From: an uncultured Bacilli bacterium
GTDB taxonomy: Bacteria; Bacillota_I; Bacilli_A; RF39; UBA660
Length of the DNA: 64,000 nucleotides
Assembly (NCBI GenBank): GCA_934097015.1
Contig: CAKONF010000002.1
Location: 4,214-68,213 of the forward strand
Direction: 5' to 3'
The translations under genes and the position numbers were made by a program. Position 1 is the stretch's first letter; the number at the start of each line of letters is the position of its first letter. Under the pieces are notes generated by a model. The model worked only from the letters and a program-made list of their open reading frames with translations. It did not search any database and had not been told where the DNA came from. Shown piece after piece: positions 9,432-19,988 of the stretch.

Positions 9432-10142
9432 ATGTCTATTCATATAAGCGCAAAAAAAGATAGTATTAGTGATGTTGTTTTGATGCCTGGTGATCCTTTG
9501 CGCGCTAAATATATTGCTGAAACTTTTTTAGATGATGTAATTCAAATTAATGAAATTAGAAATATGTTAGGTTATACTGGTTATTATAAAGGAAGAAGAA
9601 TAACCGTTATGGGAAGTGGTATGGGTATTCCTAGTATTGGTATTTATTCATATGAGTTATATAATGATTATGATGTAAAGAAAATTATTAGAATTGGAAC
9701 TGGTGGTAGTTTAGATAAAAATGTTAAGGTCAATGATATTGTACTTGCAGGAGCTAGCTACTCTCCATCGAGTTTTGCATATGTTTGGGGAAAAGATATC
9801 AGAAATGTAATTAATAGTAGTGAAGAATTAAATAATAAAATTATTAATGCTAGCAAAAAATTAAAAACAAAATTAATTACTGGTACTATTCTTACTGCAG
9901 ATGTTTTTACAGTATATGCAAATATCGACCATATCTTAAAAAATGTACCAACACATATTAAATTATTATGTAATGAAATGGAAGCATTTGGATTGTTTCA
10001 TGTTGCGGAATTATGTGGCAAAGAAGCAACTGCATTAGTTAGTATCGTAGATAGTCCTTTTGAAAAAACCATGTTAAGTACAGAAGATAAAGAAAAAAAA
10101 TTAAATGATATGATAATTTTAGCTCTTGAAAGCATATTATAA
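9432..10142 (+). CDS. deoD: purine nucleoside phosphorylase, DeoD type
   Basis: MSIHISAKKDSISDVVLMPGDPLRAKYIAETFL..., GMGIPSIGIYSYEL and CNEMEAFGLF. AGGAG RBS at 9419-9423. Confidence 0.9.
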   Translation: MSIHISAKKDSISDVVLMPGDPLRAKYIAETFLDDVIQINEIRNMLGYTGYYKGRRITVMGSGMGIPSIGIYSYELYNDYDVKKIIRIGTGGSLDKNVKVNDIVLAGASYSPSSFAYVWGKDIRNVINSSEELNNKIINASKKLKTKLITGTILTADVFTVYANIDHILKNVPTHIKLLCNEMEAFGLFHVAELCGKEATALVSIVDSPFEKTMLSTEDKEKKLNDMIILALESIL

Positions 10143-10769
10143 TTGTAATATACTAAAATTTATTAAGGAGATGATATTATTATGTTGCCTTTTGGTTATA
10201 ATCCTGAAAATTATGGTGGTAAAGTTTGGTGGAATGAAGAAAATCCAGAAATGTAAGAAAAATGGGAAACTCAAGAAGAATATGATAAATTTAAAGAAAA
10301 TGGCGGAACTTGGTTAGAATACGTAGAGTATCGTAAAAGTATTAAAAAATTGCAAAAAAAATTGTGATTTTTTTTAATATAAATCACATTTTACTTTTTT
10401 AAGTGCCATTTTGAGCTGGCATCACTCACTTTATCAAGTACCATTTTGAGCTGGCATCACTCGCTTTTTTTATATTATATGCAATCATAAAATTTTAATT
10501 TCTAATTGCATTGATAATGTATCATATAATTAAATAATTGTAAATAATATATAAACTATTTATTTAAGAATATATAATTTATATATTTAACTTTGGGTCT
10601 TTCTTTAACGGAATATACTTTAAAACTTTTACTATTCCTTTTTCATTTCCAAATGTATTACTTTCAGATTTGCCAACACATACTGGAACATTTTTTCCTG
10701 CTAAAGCCAATTCTTTTTTTCTCTTGCATTGTCAGATATTTATTTTTTTTCTTAGATTTTCTCCTTTTA

Positions 10770-11117
10770 TCAATTATTTATAATTTCAAATCTTATTCCA
10801 AGCACACCATATTTTTTTTGCTTTTCTTTTGTATAAAATTTTTCTAAATCTTCTAACAATTTTTCTTTACTCATATTTTTATCAGATAAAATACTTATAT
10901 CAAAATCATTAAACATCTCTACAAAACTATTATATCTTAATAATCCAATTACTTTAACATCAAAAGATTCATCTAAATTAGGTTCTTTTAAAAATTTAAT
11001 TTTATCACCTAATTTAATACTTTGTCTTTTTTCATCATATAATCTTATTTCTATTCTCTTTGTTCCATTTAAAATATAATTAAAATATTCTGGTTGTAAT
11101 TTCATAACATGTATCAT
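10770..11117 (-). CDS. ASCH domain protein
   Basis: MKLQPEYFNYILNGTKRIEIRLYDEKRQSIKLGDKIKF is the classic ASCH N-terminal pattern. 115 aa. Confidence 0.75.
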   Translation of the reverse strand: MIHVMKLQPEYFNYILNGTKRIEIRLYDEKRQSIKLGDKIKFLKEPNLDESFDVKVIGLLRYNSFVEMFNDFDISILSDKNMSKEKLLEDLEKFYTKEKQKKYGVLGIRFEIINN

Positions 11118-11127
11118 AATTATTCCT

Positions 11128-11694
11128 CTATTCTGTTATATTATTATTTTCATCAAAATTAAATTGTACTTGTTTTCTACTTGCTAAAAAATCACACATA
11201 TGAACAAATTTTTCTGTAACAGATTTTGGAATAGGTAAAACTATATCAGAATAATTATTTGTATTAAATCTTCCCATATGACTTGCAACATTATTCTTTA
11301 TTTCTAATCTTTCTTCTTCTGTTAAAGATAATTTGTCTTTTATATTTTCTAATAATTCACCAATTAATAATGGATGTTCAAATACACTATATTTAGATTC
11401 TGTAAAACCATGTTTTAAACCATCATGAATTAATAAACTAATAATAATTATATCTTTTGTATGATTATCAAATTTATATATATCAAATAAATTATGTGCT
11501 AAACAAACAGCAGCCTTAACATGTCTAACTAATCCTTGTTCTCCTAAAGCATATTTAGGATGATATTTTCCAGTAGAAGCAGCTTGTACTCTATAAAAAT
11601 AATCTGGTAAATTATTTAATATTATTTTTGCATTTTCTTTTAATCTTTCATCTTGTATATAATCTAATTCCACATTAAATATATCACTTTTCAT
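11128..11694 (-). CDS. HD domain phosphohydrolase
   Basis: H...HD pattern (GKYHP ... LLIHDGLKHG). Confidence 0.75.
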   Translation of the reverse strand: MKSDIFNVELDYIQDERLKENAKIILNNLPDYFYRVQAASTGKYHPKYALGEQGLVRHVKAAVCLAHNLFDIYKFDNHTKDIIIISLLIHDGLKHGFTESKYSVFEHPLLIGELLENIKDKLSLTEEERLEIKNNVASHMGRFNTNNYSDIVLPIPKSVTEKFVHMCDFLASRKQVQFNFDENNNITE

Positions 11695-11701
11695 AAATAC
11701 C

Positions 11702-13495
11702 TCACTTATTTGTTTTTAAAACTTGTAAAAATGCTTCTGGTGGTATTTCTACATTACCTACCATTTTCATTCTTTTCTTTCCTTCTTTTTGTTTTTCTAG
11801 TAATTTTCTCTTTCTAGATATATCTCCACCATAACATTTAGCTAATACATTTTTTTTCATAGCGCTAATATTTTCTCTTGCAATAACTTTAGATCCAATA
11901 CTTGCTTGTATAGGAACTTGAAATAATTGTCTTGGAATTATTTTTTTTAAATTTTCAACAGTTTCTTTTCCTCTGTTATAAGCAACATCTTTATGTACTA
12001 TACTTGATAATGCATCAACAATTTCTCCATTTATTAATATATCCATTTTCACTAAATCACTTTGTTTATAATCAGATAATTCATAATCAAATGAAGCATA
12101 ACCTTTAGTATATGATTTTAATTTATCGAAGAAATCATATACTATTTCTGAAAGTGGTAATTCATAATGAATATTAACCCTTGTTTTATCTATATATTCT
12201 AAATTTTTATAAATTCCTCTTTTTTCACTACATAAATCCATAATTGGTCCAATATATTCACTAGGTACAAATATACTTGCACTAACAAAAGGTTCTTTTA
12301 TACATTCAATATTTACTTTATCTGGCATTTCATTAGGAGCATGTATAAGTACTTTTTCTTTATTAGTTTTTATAACTTCATAAACAACACTTGGACTAGT
12401 GGCAATGATATCTATCCCAAACTCTCTTTCAATTCTTTCTTCAATTATTTCCATATGTAATAATCCTAAGAAACCTACTCTAAATCCAAATCCTAATGCT
12501 ATACTTGTTACAGGTTCATAAGTAAGTGCAGCATCATTTAATTTTAATTTTTCTAGTGCTTCACGTAAACTTTCAAATTTATTTGGTTCGATTGGAAATA
12601 ATCCACTATATACCATAGGTTTCATTGGTTTATAGCCGTCAAGAGGGAATTCAGCTGGATTATCATCTAATGTAATTGTATCTCCTACATTAACGTCGTC
12701 AATACTTTTTATTGATGCGTTTATCCAACCTACTTGTCCGCTAGAAAGTTCATTTAATTTTTTTTCTTTTGGTGTATTAACACCTAATTCAACTACTTCG
12801 TAAACAGCATTAGTTGCCATAAATCTAATTTTATCTTTTAATTTTATTTTACCTGTTTCTAATTTAACAGATAATATTACTCCTCTATAAGGGTCAAAAT
12901 ATGAATCAAATATTAAAGCTTTAGTTGGTGATGCGATATCAATTTTAGGTGCTGGAATAACCTCAATTATTTTATCCAATAGTTTATCTACACCTTCTCC
13001 TGTTTTACCACTACATAAAACTATATCTTCTTTTTTAAATCCTAAAACATCTATAAGTTCATTTGATACTTTTTCTATATTAGCATTAGGTAAATCTATT
13101 TTATTTATAACTGGAATAATAGTTAAATCATTGTTTAGTGCTAAATATAGATTTGCTAATGTTTGAGCTTCTATACCTTGTGCTGCATCGACTATTAAAA
13201 GTGCTCCATCACATGCTTTTAGACTACGTGATACTTCATAAGAAAAATCTACATGTCCTGGGGTATCTATTAAATGCAATGTATATTCTTCATTTTTATA
13301 TTTATAGTGTAATTCAACTGCATTTAATTTTATAGTAATTCCACGTTCTCTTTCTATATCCATAGAATCTAGTAATTGATCTTTCATATCATGTTTATCT
13401 ACACTATGCGTTAATTCTAATATTCTATCTGCAAGAGTACTTTTACCATGGTCTATATGTGCAATTATAGAAAAATTTCTAATTTTATTATTCAT
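11702..13495 (-). CDS. lepA: translation elongation factor 4 (LepA)
   Basis: [20 protein letters not shown] and DTPGHVDF G-motifs, with a full-length LepA C-terminus. Confidence 0.97.
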   Translation of the reverse strand: MNNKIRNFSIIAHIDHGKSTLADRILELTHSVDKHDMKDQLLDSMDIERERGITIKLNAVELHYKYKNEEYTLHLIDTPGHVDFSYEVSRSLKACDGALLIVDAAQGIEAQTLANLYLALNNDLTIIPVINKIDLPNANIEKVSNELIDVLGFKKEDIVLCSGKTGEGVDKLLDKIIEVIPAPKIDIASPTKALIFDSYFDPYRGVILSVKLETGKIKLKDKIRFMATNAVYEVVELGVNTPKEKKLNELSSGQVGWINASIKSIDDVNVGDTITLDDNPAEFPLDGYKPMKPMVYSGLFPIEPNKFESLREALEKLKLNDAALTYEPVTSIALGFGFRVGFLGLLHMEIIEERIEREFGIDIIATSPSVVYEVIKTNKEKVLIHAPNEMPDKVNIECIKEPFVSASIFVPSEYIGPIMDLCSEKRGIYKNLEYIDKTRVNIHYELPLSEIVYDFFDKLKSYTKGYASFDYELSDYKQSDLVKMDILINGEIVDALSSIVHKDVAYNRGKETVENLKKIIPRQLFQVPIQASIGSKVIARENISAMKKNVLAKCYGGDISRKRKLLEKQKEGKKRMKMVGNVEIPPEAFLQVLKTNK

Positions 13496-13556
13496 TTTAT
13501 CATCACCCGACTACTAACTATTTTATCATATAATTTAAAAAACACATAGAATTTAT

Positions 13557-14087
13557 TTATGTGTTCTTATTATCCTTTTTTAAAACTTTAACTTTAGTTT
13601 CTTCTTTACTATCATCATATTTTTTTATTAAATCATTTATTATTTTTCTATATTCTTTTAATTCGTCAATATAAGAATACTCACTTTTTTCTATGAAATT
13701 CTTCTCAATAGTTTTCTTTATTTCATGTGTATATACATTATCCTTTAATAACGCTTTTTCTATTTCATTTACTTTATCATCAATTTGTTTGTCTATTTCT
13801 TTTTCTGATTTTCGATTTTTATGCAATTCTTTAAGCACCATTACAGCAATAGACATAACTACACTAAAATCTGTTATGGTTAGAAAAAAAATTAGTATTT
13901 TTCCTAGTAAATAAGTGGAGTCAGCCACTAAAGTACTTGCAAAAACCATAAACGCAGCTGAAATCATAAGTATGATTACTGGAATTAAAATTGTTATAAA
14001 TTTTAATTCCTTTTTATCTTTCTTTTGTTCTGCCAAATCTACTAAGTCAAATTTTAATTTCTCATAATACCTTTTCTTATTTTTCAT
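13557..14087 (-). CDS. hypothetical 2-TM membrane protein with a coiled-coil tail
   Basis: ORF with two hydrophobic helices. No recognisable motif. Confidence 0.5.
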   Translation of the reverse strand: MKNKKRYYEKLKFDLVDLAEQKKDKKELKFITILIPVIILMISAAFMVFASTLVADSTYLLGKILIFFLTITDFSVVMSIAVMVLKELHKNRKSEKEIDKQIDDKVNEIEKALLKDNVYTHEIKKTIEKNFIEKSEYSYIDELKEYRKIINDLIKKYDDSKEETKVKVLKKDNKNT

Positions 14088-14120
14088 GTTAATTCCACTC
14101 CTTTGTGGAGTAGTATTATA

Positions 14121-16682
14121 TCATTTTGTCTCATAAAGGTCAATTCCATAGTCATGACTAACATCTAATGGTACTTTTAATTTAACAACATTTTTCATTA
14201 TGTCACTAACTAATTCTTCTAATTCTTCTTTTTCTTCTTTAACCACATCAAATATTAATTCATCATGTATTTGTAATAACATTTTACTATTTAATTTACG
14301 TTTTGTTATTTCTTTATCAATATTTACCATAGCCATCTTTATAATATCAGCACTAGTTCCTTGTATTGGAGTATTAAGTGCAATTCTTTCTCCACTCATA
14401 CGTACCATGTAATTTGGATTATTCAATTCCTCTATTACTCTTTTTCTTTTAAATAGTGTTCTTACACTACCATCTTCTTTAGCTTCTTTAACTATATTAT
14501 CCATATAATTTTTAACACCTGGATATAATTCATAATATTTATCTATAAATTTTTTAGCATCAATTATGCTTAGTCCTATATTTTCTCCTAAGCCAAATCC
14601 GCTTATACCGTAAACTATACCAAATATAACAGCCTTTGCAGTATGTCTCATTATTTTAGTGACATCTTCTTTAGGAACACCAAATATATCACTAGCAACA
14701 AATGTATGAATATCTTCACCATTTACAAATGCACTTATTAATTCTTTTGAATCGCTTATATGTGCTAATATTCTTAATTCTATTTGACTATAGTCAGCAC
14801 TTAAAAACATATCATTTTCAGGTAAAAATGCTTTTCTTATAAGTCTTCCCAACTCGTCTTTTGCTGGTAAATTTTGTAAATTAGGTTCCGTACTAGAAAG
14901 TCTTCCAGTTCTAGTTAATGTTTGTTTATAAATAGTATGTATCTTACCATCTTCCATTATATAATTCTTTAATCCCTCAACATAAGTACCTTGTAATTTA
15001 GTTAAATTTCTATATTCTTGAATTAATGGAACTATCGGATGGTCATTCATTATTTTTTCTAATACTTTACTATCTGTAGAATAACCAGTTTTAGTTTTCT
15101 TAGCATGTTTTAATCCTAACTTCTCAAACAATATACTTCCTAATTGTTTAGAACTAGATATATTAAATTCTTCTCCTGCAGCAATATATATATCTTGAGT
15201 TAATTTATTTATTTTACTTGTTAATTCAACACTCATTTTATCTAATATATTTTTATCACATTTAATTCCATTAAATTCCATTTTAGTAAGTACATTAATT
15301 AAAGGCATTTCAACATTAGCAAACAAATCATACATATCTTCTAACTTTAATTTCTTTATATATTCATCTCTAATATCATTAATATATTTAGCTTTTCTAA
15401 CTACATTATATTCTAAATTACCACCTTTTTTATAAAAGTCATATAATTCATCTATATTAATACCATCATTTTTCATTAATATACCTAAATCTTCTCTATA
15501 ATTATAGTTTAATAAATCTGCTACTATTAAATGATCATATATAGTATTATCAATAATATATCCTACTAAACAATTATTCTTTTTTAAATCAAATGTATAT
15601 TTTATACTATCTTTAATATATTTTAATACATCATTAATCATATCTTTTTTTACAAAGAATAAATTATCTTTATCATATAATCCCATACCTAGTATATTAC
15701 CAAAATGATAATTAAATTTATCACATTCAATGTAATAACTAATTATATTATCTTTATTTATTTCATTAACATTATTTAATATTTTATATTCTATGTTTAC
15801 TTCTATTTCTTTCTTTTCAAATTTTTTCATAAAACTATAAAATTCTAATTCTTCAAATATATTAGATAATTCACTAGTTTTTTCTCCACTATATTTCATA
15901 TCTTCTAATGTATCACTTATTGGTACATCTAAGTATATAGTTGCAATTTTTTTTGAAAAGAATGCACTTTCTTTATCATTAACTAATTTTTCTTTTAATT
16001 TACCACTAATATCATCTATATGATCATATAAGTTTTCAATAGTATCATATTCTCTAATTAATTTAATTGCTGTTTTTTCTCCTATTCCTTTTACTCCTGG
16101 AATATTATCACTAGCATCTCCCATTAGTGCTTTTAAATCAATAATTCTTATAGGGGCAAAACCATATTCTTCTTTAAAACTATTTACATTGTACCTAATA
16201 TAATCTTTTGATTTCAAACATTTTACTTCTATTTCTTCATTTATTAATTGTAATAAATCTTTATCACTAGAAACGATTAAAGCTTCAAAATCTGGATCTA
16301 TATACGCTCTTTTAGATAATGTTCCAATTATATCATCAGCTTCATAATTTTCTATTTCATAATGTTTTATCCCCATAGCATCTAATATTTTTTTAGCAAC
16401 AGGCATTTGCATTTTTAATTCATCAGGAGTTTTATTTCTACCATCTTTATATTCTTTATATAAATCTTTTCTAAAATTTTTACCTATATCAAATGCAACT
16501 GCTATATGAGTTGGCTTTTCTTCATCTATTATTTTATTCATCATGTTTACAAAGCCATATAATGCATTAGTATAAAATCCTTTACTATTTTTCATTAAAT
16601 TACCACTGTATGCAGTTGCATAGTAACTTCTAAACATTAAATTATTTCCATCTATTAGTATTATTTTTTTCACTTTTACCAC
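14121..16682 (-). CDS. polA: DNA polymerase I
   Basis: 5' nuclease N-terminus (LIDGNNLMFRSYYA) and polymerase motifs (DYSQIELRILAH, QIHDELIF). Confidence 0.95.
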   Translation of the reverse strand: MVKVKKIILIDGNNLMFRSYYATAYSGNLMKNSKGFYTNALYGFVNMMNKIIDEEKPTHIAVAFDIGKNFRKDLYKEYKDGRNKTPDELKMQMPVAKKILDAMGIKHYEIENYEADDIIGTLSKRAYIDPDFEALIVSSDKDLLQLINEEIEVKCLKSKDYIRYNVNSFKEEYGFAPIRIIDLKALMGDASDNIPGVKGIGEKTAIKLIREYDTIENLYDHIDDISGKLKEKLVNDKESAFFSKKIATIYLDVPISDTLEDMKYSGEKTSELSNIFEELEFYSFMKKFEKKEIEVNIEYKILNNVNEINKDNIISYYIECDKFNYHFGNILGMGLYDKDNLFFVKKDMINDVLKYIKDSIKYTFDLKKNNCLVGYIIDNTIYDHLIVADLLNYNYREDLGILMKNDGINIDELYDFYKKGGNLEYNVVRKAKYINDIRDEYIKKLKLEDMYDLFANVEMPLINVLTKMEFNGIKCDKNILDKMSVELTSKINKLTQDIYIAAGEEFNISSSKQLGSILFEKLGLKHAKKTKTGYSTDSKVLEKIMNDHPIVPLIQEYRNLTKLQGTYVEGLKNYIMEDGKIHTIYKQTLTRTGRLSSTEPNLQNLPAKDELGRLIRKAFLPENDMFLSADYSQIELRILAHISDSKELISAFVNGEDIHTFVASDIFGVPKEDVTKIMRHTAKAVIFGIVYGISGFGLGENIGLSIIDAKKFIDKYYELYPGVKNYMDNIVKEAKEDGSVRTLFKRKRVIEELNNPNYMVRMSGERIALNTPIQGTSADIIKMAMVNIDKEITKRKLNSKMLLQIHDELIFDVVKEEKEELEELVSDIMKNVVKLKVPLDVSHDYGIDLYETK

Positions 16683-16834
16683 CTACTAATATTTTACTAT
16701 AATAATAGTATTTTACAAAGAGTTTTATATAATCTTACATTTTTTCTATAACAAATTTGATTTTTGTTATTACGTTTTATTTGGAATAATCATAAAAAAA
16801 ATTAAATGGAGATAAATAATTACACTAAAATTAT

Positions 16835-17431
16835 TTATAAGTTTCTTTTGTGAATATTTTCTTCGTCTAAAGGTTCTTTGTAAATAGATTTGTATAATTC
16901 AATAGGATCGTTATATAAAGTTTCTGATTTTTTGTGAATTTCCCAATCATTACAATACCTTGAATCCAAAATTTCTATAGGAGTTTTAAATGGGTAGTGT
17001 TCTTTTATAAAATCAGAATATATAATCATATGTGTGTTGGAATGATATAAAATTAAAACATCTTCATTCATAAAACTGATACACTTACCACCTAATGCGG
17101 GTTTTGTCCTTCTTCCATATTTTCCAACATATTTACTTTCCTTTAAAAATTTCATAAAATCAATATAATCTTTTTCTAACTCTTGTTCTGTTATAGGAAT
17201 ACATCTTTTACCACCAAAACTGTCTCTGCTTTTTAAGAAAAACTTGTTATTATATATAATTAAACGATGTATATCATTAACACCACTATAATCAAGTTGG
17301 CCTTCTTCTACATCAAATGCTTTACCATTAAAAAAGTACGAAAGTCTTTTTAAACTATCAGCTAATTCTTTACTAGCAGGTTTTGGTCCTTTTTTTAAAA
17401 ATAATTGTCCTTGTATATATATTTTTTGCAT
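16835..17431 (-). CDS. hypothetical protein
   Basis: 198-aa ORF with non-repetitive, protein-like composition. No recognisable motif. Confidence 0.5.
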   Translation of the reverse strand: MQKIYIQGQLFLKKGPKPASKELADSLKRLSYFFNGKAFDVEEGQLDYSGVNDIHRLIIYNNKFFLKSRDSFGGKRCIPITEQELEKDYIDFMKFLKESKYVGKYGRRTKPALGGKCISFMNEDVLILYHSNTHMIIYSDFIKEHYPFKTPIEILDSRYCNDWEIHKKSETLYNDPIELYKSIYKEPLDEENIHKRNL

Positions 17432-17593
17432 AAAATCACATCCATAGTAATGATAATAACATAATTTATATTACTTTTCAATAAATATAAGGGTAGTATG
17501 ATAACTAATTTAATAATTATAACATTTTTTAAATAAAAAGACTATTAACAAAATTTATTTGTCAACAGTCTGAATACTTGTCTTACGACACGT

Positions 17594-18556
17594 TTATTTT
17601 ATATTCTCTTTATATTCTTTTGTTCTTTGATCTAATTCTTTGAATAAATTATCTACATCTTCTTCACTTTGTATTCGTGCACCACTTGCAAATATATGTC
17701 CTCCACCATTATATTTTTGTGCAACATCATTTATTATTGGACCTCTACTTCTTATATTTATTTTATGAATGTTATTTTTTTCATCATAACTAGAGAAAGC
17801 CCAGCAATAAAGTTCTTTTATAAAATTAAAATTGTTTATCATGTTGCTAGCTGATGATGAATCTACTTTAAACTCATCTATTATTTTTTTATCTATTTTT
17901 ATGTATCCAAAGTTATTTTCTGTAATTGTCATATTTAATGTTATATATGATTGAAACTTTACTTCGTTAATTGACCTTGTATACAAGTTATTATACAATT
18001 CTGACATATTTAGATTATAATCCTCTAATAGATTAGTTATTAACTTGAATGTTTTTGGACTTGTATAACTTAATAAAAATCTATCACTATCTGCAACTAT
18101 ACCTAAAAATAAATTTGAAGCAATGTTTTGATTTATTTTTAATTTGCTGTTATATAATAATTCTGTAATTAGTTCACATGTACTTGATGCATGTTCATTT
18201 ACTAATTCTATATTTGCTATATCTTCTACACTTGGATGATGATCTATTCTTATTACACAATCATAGTTATCATAATTTATGCCATCAATTCTTGATTTAT
18301 TTGGTACATCTAATACGATTAACAAAGGTTTTGTTAATATGTTATCATCAATTCTATCTAATTCTCCAAAGTATTTAAATTTTGAAACACTATTTCCAAC
18401 TGCATATACATTTTTTTTTGGATATGTAAGCTTAATTGAATCTCTTAATGCAATTTCACTAGCAAGGGCATCAGGATCTGGTCCTCTATGTCTTGCTATT
18501 ACAATTTCATTATATTCTTTTATTTTTTTTGCTATTTGTTTTATGTTATTAAACAT
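17594..18556 (-). CDS. nrnA: DHH/DHHA1 phosphoesterase (NrnA-type oligoribonuclease / pAp phosphatase)
   Basis: HRGPDPDALAS, DHH (RIDHHPS) and GGGH (NGGGHIFASGA) motifs. Confidence 0.85.
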   Translation of the reverse strand: MFNNIKQIAKKIKEYNEIVIARHRGPDPDALASEIALRDSIKLTYPKKNVYAVGNSVSKFKYFGELDRIDDNILTKPLLIVLDVPNKSRIDGINYDNYDCVIRIDHHPSVEDIANIELVNEHASSTCELITELLYNSKLKINQNIASNLFLGIVADSDRFLLSYTSPKTFKLITNLLEDYNLNMSELYNNLYTRSINEVKFQSYITLNMTITENNFGYIKIDKKIIDEFKVDSSSASNMINNFNFIKELYCWAFSSYDEKNNIHKINIRSRGPIINDVAQKYNGGGHIFASGARIQSEEDVDNLFKELDQRTKEYKENIK

Positions 18557-18563
18557 TATTCAC

Positions 18564-19760
18564 CTATTTTATTAATTCGTATGTGTCAGTTGCTATCATT
18601 AATTCTTCGTTTGTTGGAACAACATATACTGGTACTTTTGAATCTTCTGTACTTATTATTCCTTCGCTTATATCTTTAAATCCTGCAATAGTATTATTTA
18701 TTTCTTTATTAAGTTTAATTCCTAAACATTCTAATTTATTTAGTACATCTTCTCTAAAGCTTATTGCATTTTCTCCTAATCCAGCAGTAAATACTAATGC
18801 GTCTACGTTTCCATTTAACTCTACATAGTAGTTTGCAATATAATTTACTATTCTATTTACATACATTTCATTTGCAAGTACTGCAAGTTCGTTTCCTTCT
18901 TCCATAGCATTTTCAATATCTCTATGGTCACTACTAACACCACTTATTCCTAGCAATCCACTTTGTTTATTTAATGAATTGTCAACTTCTTTTAAACTCA
19001 TATTTGATTCTTTCATAACATACGGAATTAATGAATAATCAATATCTCCTGAACGTGTGCCCATCATTATACCAGCATTTGGTGTGAATCCCATAGTTGT
19101 ATCAAAACTTTTTCCATCTTTAACAGCACATAATGAACCACCTGAACCAACATGACATATAATTAAATTTACATTGTCTTTTCCTAATTTTTCTTTCATA
19201 GTTTTTGTAATAAATTTATGACTTGTTCCATGGAAACCATATTTACGTACTTTATAATCAGTATACCAACTATATGGAACACTATATAAATATTGTTCTT
19301 TTTTCATTGTTTGATGAAATGCTGTATCAAAAACTCCTATATTTGGTGTAGTTGGTAATGCTTCCATGAATGCTTTTACACCAATTAAATTTGCTGGATT
19401 ATGTAATGGTGCTAATGGAATTAAATCTTCTACAGTACTAATTACTTCATCATTTATAATAACTGAATCTGTATATTTTTCTCCACCATGAACTAATCTA
19501 TGTCCCACTCCATCTAATTCTTCTAAAGATGTTATAACTTTATTATCAATTAATTCTTTTATTAAAATTTTAACTGCTTCATCATGATTTTGAACACTAG
19601 CAACTTTTTTTGTTTTTTCTCCATTCATTTTAATAGAATAGAAACTATCTTCTAATCCTATTTTTTCGAAATATCCTCCTATTAATTCTTTTCCTTCAGG
19701 CATTAGAAATAAAGTAAACTTTAATGAACTACTACCTGCATTTACACTTAATATTTTCAT
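18564..19760 (-). CDS. ackA: acetate kinase
   Basis: MKILSVNAGSSSLKF, HRLVHGG and FHGTSH motifs. Confidence 0.95.
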   Translation of the reverse strand: MKILSVNAGSSSLKFTLFLMPEGKELIGGYFEKIGLEDSFYSIKMNGEKTKKVASVQNHDEAVKILIKELIDNKVITSLEELDGVGHRLVHGGEKYTDSVIINDEVISTVEDLIPLAPLHNPANLIGVKAFMEALPTTPNIGVFDTAFHQTMKKEQYLYSVPYSWYTDYKVRKYGFHGTSHKFITKTMKEKLGKDNVNLIICHVGSGGSLCAVKDGKSFDTTMGFTPNAGIMMGTRSGDIDYSLIPYVMKESNMSLKEVDNSLNKQSGLLGISGVSSDHRDIENAMEEGNELAVLANEMYVNRIVNYIANYYVELNGNVDALVFTAGLGENAISFREDVLNKLECLGIKLNKEINNTIAGFKDISEGIISTEDSKVPVYVVPTNEELMIATDTYELIK

Positions 19761-19988
19761 TTAAATCACCCTTCTTTTGTTATTATACATTAATTATTTT
19801 TAAAATACAATTTATTTAAAGAAAAAATACGCTATTTAACGTATTTATGAGTTTTATAAGGTATTAAATTTGCTAATTCTATTTCAATAATTATTTGATC
19901 TATTAAGAAGTCTATTCTAATATTAATCCCTTCTTTCGATATTATTTTATATCTTAGAAATTCTTATTTCAATAGATTCGACAAAACA

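Noticed and set aside
10126-10317. The tracked 63-aa ORF overlapping the deoD stop.
   Set aside because: Its product is Lys-rich and low in complexity, and it starts inside deoD. A different frame (10182 onward) has a proper RBS and a protein-like sequence, so that frame is reported instead.
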